Under the pieces are notes generated by a model. That model did no database searches and had not been told where the DNA came from. It saw nothing but the letters and a program-made list of their open reading frames with translations. Below, in pieces: positions 57,765-64,000 of a DNA stretch of 64,000 nucleotides (position 1 is its first letter; each line of letters opens with the position of its first letter). The DNA lies in contig CAXBME010000016.1 of assembly GCA_963976765.1 (NCBI GenBank), forward strand, positions 124,001-188,000, in the 5' to 3' direction. The stretch is from an uncultured Planctomycetaceae bacterium (GTDB taxonomy: Bacteria; Planctomycetota; Planctomycetia; Planctomycetales; Planctomycetaceae). The position numbers and the translations under genes were made by a program.

Positions 57765-59306
57765 ATGAAACACGACTTCGACATCATCGTGGTTGGCGGA
57801 GGCGGCAGCGGACTTGCCGCCGCTGTCAGCGCTGCTGAACACGGGTCGAACGTCCTGCTGCTGGAAAAGCAACCGGCGCTCGGCGGAACCACCGGCATCG
57901 CCGTCGGCTCGTTCACCGCCAGCCATACTCGCCTTCAGACTCGAAACGGGATCGACGATTCACCAGCGGCTCACCACGAAGACGCAGGACGATTCGCCGC
58001 ACCAGACATCGAAGTCCGCAACAACAACGAGCTGCGGCGATTTTTTCTCAGCCATGCCGCCGACACGCTCCACTGGCTGATGGACATGGGACTGACCTTT
58101 CACGGCCCGAATCCCGAGCCGCCGAACCGCGTTCCGAGAATGCACAACGTCGTGCCCGGCGCGAAAGCGTACGTCGCAACGCTGCATGCCCGGCTGATCA
58201 AACTCGGCGGAATCGTCCGTGTGAACTCAACCGTGCAACGGCTCCTTCAGAATGACGACGGGGCGGTCGTCGGAGTCGTCGTCAGCAACTCAACTGGCAG
58301 ATCGACTCACGAAAACGCGGTCGCAGAAAATGAGTTCGCAGAGAACGAAATCCAGTTTCGAGCAAATCGCGGCGTCATTCTGGCCGCAGGCGATTACGCC
58401 AACTGCTCCGAAACAATCTCCCGTTTCAAAGGCAAACGTTACTCGTCGATTGAAGGCATTAACCCGGACGCCCACGGAGACGGCCATCGACTCGCCGAAG
58501 CTGCCGGCGCGAAGCTGCTCAACATGGACGTCACGTACGGACCGGAACTTCGCTTCGTACCGCCGCACGGCAGAACATTTCAGCAGCTACTTCCAACGAG
58601 CGGCCTCGCCGCACGAGCGATGAGATGCCTGCTGCCGTTCGTGCCGCAATTTCTGATGAACGCGATGATCCGCCGACTGCTGGTGACCTGGCAGCATCCC
58701 GAGAACTCGTTGTTTGATGATGGAGCAATTCTGATCAACCGCGAAGGCCACCGCTTCTGCAACGAAAGAGTCTGGCCCGATCGTGAAATCGCCGTTGCCG
58801 CGCAGCCCGACAAAGAATGTTTCATCCTGCTCGACCGCTCACTCACCGACCGTTACAGCAAGTGGCCGCACTTCATCTCAACGGCTCCGAAAATCGCCTA
58901 CGCCTACGTCGTCGATTACCTCCGACTGCGCCCCGACGTCGCTGTTCAGTCGACGAATCTCGAAGCAATCGCTACGCAGAGAGGAATCTCAGCGGAATCA
59001 CTTCGCCAGACAATCGCTGAGGTCAACGAGGAACGGAACGCCAGCAACCAGTCGCCCCTTGACGGCACTCAGTGGACGCTGCTCGGCCCGGCAAAAGCTT
59101 ACTTCACCACGACGGAAGGCGGCGCCGCCATCAACCAGCAATTCCAGGCTCTCGATGAATCCGACTGTCCGATTCCAGGCCTCTATGCGGTCGGCCAGAC
59201 AGGACTCGGCGGCCAGATCCTCTGGGGCCACGGCCTGCACATCGCCTGGGCCATGACCAGCGGTCGCCTCGCAGGCAGGCAACTGGCTCAAACGCGGCTC
59301 GCTTGA
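57765..59306 (+). CDS. FAD-dependent oxidoreductase (fumarate reductase / ketosteroid dehydrogenase flavoprotein family)
   Basis: IVVGGGGSGL, LEKQPALGGTT, TTEGG, IPGLYAVG, SGRLAG. Confidence 0.88.
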   Translation: MKHDFDIIVVGGGGSGLAAAVSAAEHGSNVLLLEKQPALGGTTGIAVGSFTASHTRLQTRNGIDDSPAAHHEDAGRFAAPDIEVRNNNELRRFFLSHAADTLHWLMDMGLTFHGPNPEPPNRVPRMHNVVPGAKAYVATLHARLIKLGGIVRVNSTVQRLLQNDDGAVVGVVVSNSTGRSTHENAVAENEFAENEIQFRANRGVILAAGDYANCSETISRFKGKRYSSIEGINPDAHGDGHRLAEAAGAKLLNMDVTYGPELRFVPPHGRTFQQLLPTSGLAARAMRCLLPFVPQFLMNAMIRRLLVTWQHPENSLFDDGAILINREGHRFCNERVWPDREIAVAAQPDKECFILLDRSLTDRYSKWPHFISTAPKIAYAYVVDYLRLRPDVAVQSTNLEAIATQRGISAESLRQTIAEVNEERNASNQSPLDGTQWTLLGPAKAYFTTTEGGAAINQQFQALDESDCPIPGLYAVGQTGLGGQILWGHGLHIAWAMTSGRLAGRQLAQTRLA

Positions 59307-59429
59307 AGCCCGCGCTGGCGACAGGCTCAAATTCCGGCCAGGGACGATTCGAGTTTCTGGCCAACCACACTACCCTGCGTCTCAAGCAACCTGAAATCCA
59401 AGTTGACACCACCGATCGAGGAGCAACGA

Positions 59430-60842
59430 ATGAGTAGCGTTCATGATTTTGGAGCCGTCGGCGACGGCGTCACGGATGATACCGAGGCCATTCAACATGC
59501 GATTGACGATGGCAATGGCCAGCTTGAGTTTCCTCGCGGCGAATACCGAATTTCCAGCACCCTGTTAATCGACCTTCAGAAACGCAGTCGAACATCGATT
59601 ACCGGTGCAGGCGGAACGGCAAAGATTGTCATGCACGGTGCCGGGCCGGCGATCTTTCTCAAGGCGACACACGCAAAAACGGCTGAGCCGCTTGGATTTC
59701 GCCCGGAAGAATGGCAGCACGAGCGGATGCCCACGATCGACGGTATCGAAATCGAAGGCCGTCACCCCGAAGCTGACGGAATCCACATTGTCGGCGTCAT
59801 GCAGCCGACGTTGACTCGAGTCCTGATCCGTCAGGTAAGAACGGCAGTCTACGTCACTGACCGGGCTCGAAACATCGTCATCAACGGATGCCACTTCTAC
59901 CACAACACCGGAGTCGGCATTCATCTCGACAAAGTCAATCTGCATCAGACTATCATCGCCGATTCGCACATCAGCTACTGCCGACGAGGTGGCATCCGTA
60001 TTGAAGACAGCGAGATTCGCAATCTGCAGATCACCGGCAATGACATCGAATACAACAATTATCGAGTCTTTCAGAAGGAGTTCCCCGGACCGGAAGCCGA
60101 GGCCGAACCGACTGCCGAAATCTACGTCGACGTCGTCAACGGTACAGTTCGTGAGGGAACCATTTCAAGCAACACGATTCAAGCCAAATACAGCTCGGGA
60201 GGATCCAATATTCGATTTATTGGCAACGGCGAAGAAGGACAGCACCGCGCTGGCATGTGGACAATCACCGGCAACCTGATCGGCAGCCAGAAGAACAACA
60301 TCCACCTGACAAGCGTTCGCGGCGTCACGATTTCCGGCAACTACATTTACAGCGGTCAGCATCGAAACCTGCTGGTTGAAAAGTCTCGCAACATCGTCGT
60401 CGGCCCAAACACCTTTGGCCACAACCCCGACTACAAAGACAAAGAACTGGCGACCGGAATTCGGTTCGAAGATTCCGAAAACTGCGTGCTGAACGGCCTG
60501 CAGATTCAGGATGCTCAGGCAGGAAAACACACAGTCGAGGGAGTCGTCCCGATCGAACGGGAAGCCCTTGTTGAACTGGTGCGCTGTCGACGAGTTAACG
60601 TCACTGGCTGCCAGATTCTCGATGGAACTCCCACGGGCCTTCTCGTTGAGAATTGCTCAGACACGCTGATTTCAAGCTGCTCGATCATCGACCAGAGAGC
60701 GGTCCCGTTGATGCAGACCGGACTCGCCTGGAGCGGCGAGCAACATGGCAACATGTTCGTCCAGAATCGCGTTGCCGGAGCGACTAAGACTGCCACAAAA
60801 ACACACGAATCAGTCCATCTGAACGGAAACGTAACGACCTGA
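59430..60842 (+). CDS. Right-handed parallel beta-helix protein
   Basis: FGAVGDGVTDDTEAIQ; repeated ITGN/ISGN/ISSN turns; GAGGAG RBS. Confidence 0.88.
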   Translation: MSSVHDFGAVGDGVTDDTEAIQHAIDDGNGQLEFPRGEYRISSTLLIDLQKRSRTSITGAGGTAKIVMHGAGPAIFLKATHAKTAEPLGFRPEEWQHERMPTIDGIEIEGRHPEADGIHIVGVMQPTLTRVLIRQVRTAVYVTDRARNIVINGCHFYHNTGVGIHLDKVNLHQTIIADSHISYCRRGGIRIEDSEIRNLQITGNDIEYNNYRVFQKEFPGPEAEAEPTAEIYVDVVNGTVREGTISSNTIQAKYSSGGSNIRFIGNGEEGQHRAGMWTITGNLIGSQKNNIHLTSVRGVTISGNYIYSGQHRNLLVEKSRNIVVGPNTFGHNPDYKDKELATGIRFEDSENCVLNGLQIQDAQAGKHTVEGVVPIEREALVELVRCRRVNVTGCQILDGTPTGLLVENCSDTLISSCSIIDQRAVPLMQTGLAWSGEQHGNMFVQNRVAGATKTATKTHESVHLNGNVTT

Positions 60843-60954
60843 AGGCGGTCGAAAAATACTCCTTGCGGAAGCTGAATAATCGCTATAACCTGCACAACAG
60901 AGACAACCCAATCTTCGCAGATTGCCGATTTTCAGTTTTGAAGGAGAGAGAGAA

Positions 60955-61611
60955 ATGAGACACTCAATCGCCATTGCCACCGGGTTGATACTGTCCGCCC
61001 AGGGTTTCGCATTTGCACAGAACCTGAGCGAGGATGATGTAAAAACTCTGCAGTCCGCCCGCAGCGAAATTGACTCGCTCAAATCAGAGATTCAATCGCT
61101 GAAAGAGAGTTGCGGAATAGCGACCGCAGATCGGTGCGCGACGGTCTCAAGAACGAATCGGCAAATGATTCTGCGACGATATCGATGGGTTCCCGCTTCC
61201 AGCGTCGCTGGCTTTCAGGCTTCGGGGCTGACGACATCCGGAATCACGGCCTTTCAGAATTCAACATTCGTACCACAAAGCCAGCTGACGTTTGCCCCTT
61301 CTTCGTTTGCCGGCGTGCAGACATCACCGCTGCTTACGAGCAACGTCGCCACATCCGGATTTTCGACTGGCCCCCTGAACACGTACTCTTCCGGATCGAT
61401 CGGCGTTCAGTCCTTCGCGCCAGCTGCTTCAAACGTACTGCCTGCGTCGCCGTACGCGGCCCATCAGTCATACGAAGTCTATTCGAATGGCCCCGTCACT
61501 CAGTCGATGTCTGCTGGTTTCTCAGCAGCTCCGGTTTACCCAACGGCAACGTTTCGAGGCACGAGCGGCTTCGTAAACTCAGTACCGGCCCCCTACTACT
61601 CAGCGTATTAG
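60955..61611 (+). CDS. Hypothetical exported protein with a coiled coil and S/T/A/P-rich tail
   Basis: AAGGAG RBS; signal peptide ending AFA-Q. Confidence 0.7.
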   Translation: MRHSIAIATGLILSAQGFAFAQNLSEDDVKTLQSARSEIDSLKSEIQSLKESCGIATADRCATVSRTNRQMILRRYRWVPASSVAGFQASGLTTSGITAFQNSTFVPQSQLTFAPSSFAGVQTSPLLTSNVATSGFSTGPLNTYSSGSIGVQSFAPAASNVLPASPYAAHQSYEVYSNGPVTQSMSAGFSAAPVYPTATFRGTSGFVNSVPAPYYSAY

Positions 61612-61751
61612 AGCACTTTCAGAATTACCCCTGGGTGTTCAGCAGGAGGGTCCACCAAGGAAACGATGGCTATTTCAGGTGCCTGCTCCTGCACAGAAAC
61701 CATGAAAATGGTCTACCCCAGTCAGTTGACAAGGTAGCAGCCACGCACCGC

Positions 61752-61779
61752 CGTGCGGTACGAATTTTCGTGCCGCACG
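61752..61779. terminator. Hairpin between convergent genes
   Basis: CGTGCGGTACGA-attt-TCGTGCCGCACG; no clear U-tail. Confidence 0.5.
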
Positions 61780-61853
61780 AATTACAGAGATCATGCTGTT
61801 TCTAGCTGAGGTGCGTGTGAGAGAGCGCGTGTGCTGTCAAAAAGAGAACGGCT

Positions 61854-62549
61854 CTATAGAGCACTCAAGTTTCGAACCACGACAATCCACCGTTCACGGA
61901 TCGCGATGCCAGTTCGAACCTCGAGAGCACCGCTGATGACGACAGGACGACCATCGGCTTTTCTGGCAATTGCCAGTTCGCGATTCTCCAGCTCCAGCTC
62001 CCACGTCTGTGAGCCGTCTGAAGTGATCTCGATCGTCACTCCCGTTGTCTCGCCGCCTAAAGCCACAACGTCTGTGTGAATCAGCCCTCGGCAAACAACG
62101 GACACTCCATGATCCTTTGACGAAGATGGCCCGCTTTCTGATTCGTGTTCCCTGAAACTGACAGGCTGCAGGAACAGCCCGGTCCGACTGCGTTCGCGAT
62201 CGCACTTCGGTTTCCCCTTCGCTTCCTCTTTCGAGCATTGAGCCAGGGAACCGCGAACGGTGACAGTCTTTCCGTCAAGAGCGGCTGCTTCGTCGGCAAG
62301 TTGAGGACTCTTACCGAAGTCGACAGCGAATTCCGCAGCCGCGCGTTTCGGCTTGCCCGCCGCCGTAATCGTATTTCGAGTGGCGTCGTATTTTCCGACA
62401 ACCGAAACCTGCACGTACTGCCGATTCCGGGTTGCCTCGTCAGCACTCGCGTTTTGAACTTCAGGGCCGACCAGAAACATCATCCAAAAAGCCAGCACCA
62501 CCAGAGAGGCAGCGAATCCGTACGACGACTGATTCGTGAGGGACGGCAT
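61854..62549 (-). CDS. Hypothetical exported protein with two small OB-like repeats
   Basis: LDGKTVTVRGSL and ADGRPVVISGAL; ALGGETTG. Confidence 0.65.
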   Translation of the reverse strand: MPSLTNQSSYGFAASLVVLAFWMMFLVGPEVQNASADEATRNRQYVQVSVVGKYDATRNTITAAGKPKRAAAEFAVDFGKSPQLADEAAALDGKTVTVRGSLAQCSKEEAKGKPKCDRERSRTGLFLQPVSFREHESESGPSSSKDHGVSVVCRGLIHTDVVALGGETTGVTIEITSDGSQTWELELENRELAIARKADGRPVVISGALEVRTGIAIRERWIVVVRNLSAL

Positions 62550-62737
62550 GACGAAAACCCTTCTGAAATTCGCAAATGAATTGATGACACAACGCAGCAG
62601 GTCAGTCTCTCCGAGCGACACTCCCGAACGATACGAAAACAGGCTCGGATATTTCAGTCAAATACCCGAGCCTTACAGTTTTCGAACTGACTTTCTGAAA
62701 CCCACCTTTACGTTGAAGTCTGCCGCTCGGTTCCGGC

Positions 62738-64000
62738 TCACTGCTGGCTGATCGCAAACGCCTGAGCGTCGAGCGAGCCACCTCCACGAACCTTCAGACG
62801 ACCATTCCCTGGCAAGCGGATCCACCAACTGACATCGTGAGTGCCCGCTTCCAGCGTCGTGGTCAAGCTCGTCCCAAAACTGACGTATTCATCCTTGCCT
62901 CTTGCCGTCACGACTCGAAATGACGATTTGTAATCCGTACTTCCAATCGATATTCCGGTTACGAAATTCTGGCTGCGGGTCACGCCTGCGGCACTCGAAC
63001 TGGCATACAGATTAACGATCGTTTTCTCTCGTAGAACCAGGCGGCGTGTAATCAACGTAGAATCCGAACTGAACTCTCTGGCAGTCGCGAAGAAGAAATC
63101 TTTCACTTCGGGATGCGTGACTGGCGGCTTGCTCGGCTCCGCTGGCACTCCCGGTTTTGCAGGATCAGGACCAGACGGTGTTTCCAGCAGAAAACTGACA
63201 TCAAGTTCGAGGCCATTTTTCCAGGACGTTACGAGCTTCGAATTCTTCCTGGCGTTCTTCATCAGTTCCTGTTTGAGATCGAAGAATGTGGCGTCCTTGA
63301 ATCTGGGCGTTCCCAGCAACAGGGCGGCAGCCCCGCTAACGTGCGGCGTGGCCATGGATGTGCCGGCCAGATAAGCAAACTCGTTACTGAGCCACGTACT
63401 GAGAATGTTATCTGTTTGAACCGGACCGCCAGCCCCGCCGGGTGCTCCGATGTCAACATTCTTCGACGGGCCAAAATTGCTGAATGGAGATCTCCCTCCC
63501 TGAAAAGTGACGGCCCCAACGGTGAGAACGTTGTCGCTGTCCGAGTTGGCAGGTGAGTACTTATTAAGATCGATGTTCTGACCATCATTGCCTGCCGCCA
63601 CGACAAACAGGATCCCGGCATCGCGAGCACGCTGAATGGCCTGTTCGAGAACACTGGGAATCGGTCCCTTTCCTCCCCAACTGTTGCTGATAATGCGGGC
63701 GCCATTTTTCCGCGCGTAGTCAATACAACGTACGGCGTCGCTGGTCTGTCCACCGCCTCCGGAAGTCAGAAACTTCAAGGCCATTACTCTCGTTTGAGCC
63801 ATGCCGACAACACCCTCCCCATTCGCGACACCGGCAATCGTACCCGCGCAATGAGTTCCGTGGCCGTTGTCATCGCGGGGGTCGCCTGAAATCCGACCAT
63901 TGACAAAGCTCGCTCCGAAACGGTCGTCGACAACGCCATTGTTGTCGTCGTCGATATCGTTTCCGGGAATCTCATCCTGATTGACCCACATGTTTTTAAG
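62738..64000 (-). CDS. S8 subtilisin-like serine peptidase; 5' end off the window
   Basis: GHGTHCAG, NSWGG, AAGNDG, GTSMATPHV; frame open to the window edge. Confidence 0.93.
   Translation of the reverse strand, partial: LKNMWVNQDEIPGNDIDDDNNGVVDDRFGASFVNGRISGDPRDDNGHGTHCAGTIAGVANGEGVVGMAQTRVMALKFLTSGGGGQTSDAVRCIDYARKNGARIISNSWGGKGPIPSVLEQAIQRARDAGILFVVAAGNDGQNIDLNKYSPANSDSDNVLTVGAVTFQGGRSPFSNFGPSKNVDIGAPGGAGGPVQTDNILSTWLSNEFAYLAGTSMATPHVSGAAALLLGTPRFKDATFFDLKQELMKNARKNSKLVTSWKNGLELDVSFLLETPSGPDPAKPGVPAEPSKPPVTHPEVKDFFFATAREFSSDSTLITRRLVLREKTIVNLYASSSAAGVTRSQNFVTGISIGSTDYKSSFRVVTARGKDEYVSFGTSLTTTLEAGTHDVSWWIRLPGNGRLKVRGGGSLDAQAFAISQQ

Noticed and set aside
61640..61692. Glycine-riboswitch-like words (CACCAAGG...TTTCAGGT)
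   Set aside because: Partial match only, and it lies between convergent 3' ends with no downstream gene to regulate.
1..64000. CRISPR array, rRNA genes or prophage structural genes
   Set aside because: No regularly spaced repeats, rRNA-like sequence or phage structural motifs seen.

Overview
GC-rich bacterial DNA whose gene content points to a Planctomycete (inference from an ECF sigma factor paired with a Ser/Thr kinase, PQQ-like propellers, CxxCH hypothetical proteins and very large membrane proteins). About 1-13.5 kb is accessory DNA. It contains an MmeI-like type IIL restriction-modification gene running off the left edge and a 3' tRNA fragment at 2827-2849. Two further sites (6711-6746, 13138-13173; 35/36 identical) end in the same ATCCTCCACT core, and each of the three cores is followed by a hairpin. 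Between them lie a truncated N6-methylase, nested IS3/IS66/IS5/IS200 remnants, a 79-bp MITE and an ECF-sigma/kinase/cytochrome c cargo; a decayed integrase-like 5' end follows the last core. The most interesting signal is that a minus-strand reading frame runs leftward out of every att core. Two of these frames are homologous at the peptide level beyond the DNA repeat, which suggests recombinase C-terminal tails split off by integration. About 13.6-64 kb is core-like: orphan DNA methylase, FHA-adenylate cyclase, degenerate NuoN-like protein, Csp, M81 peptidase, CpaC-like secretin with a lipoprotein, apt, two giant uncharacterised membrane proteins, gcvH/PA/PB without gcvT, rpiB, a TsaC-like/YwlE-like fusion, a kinase, a Ca/Na antiporter, a LarA-family enzyme, a two-component pair, an FAD oxidoreductase and a partial subtilase. 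All calls come from reading motifs by eye; no database searches were run.
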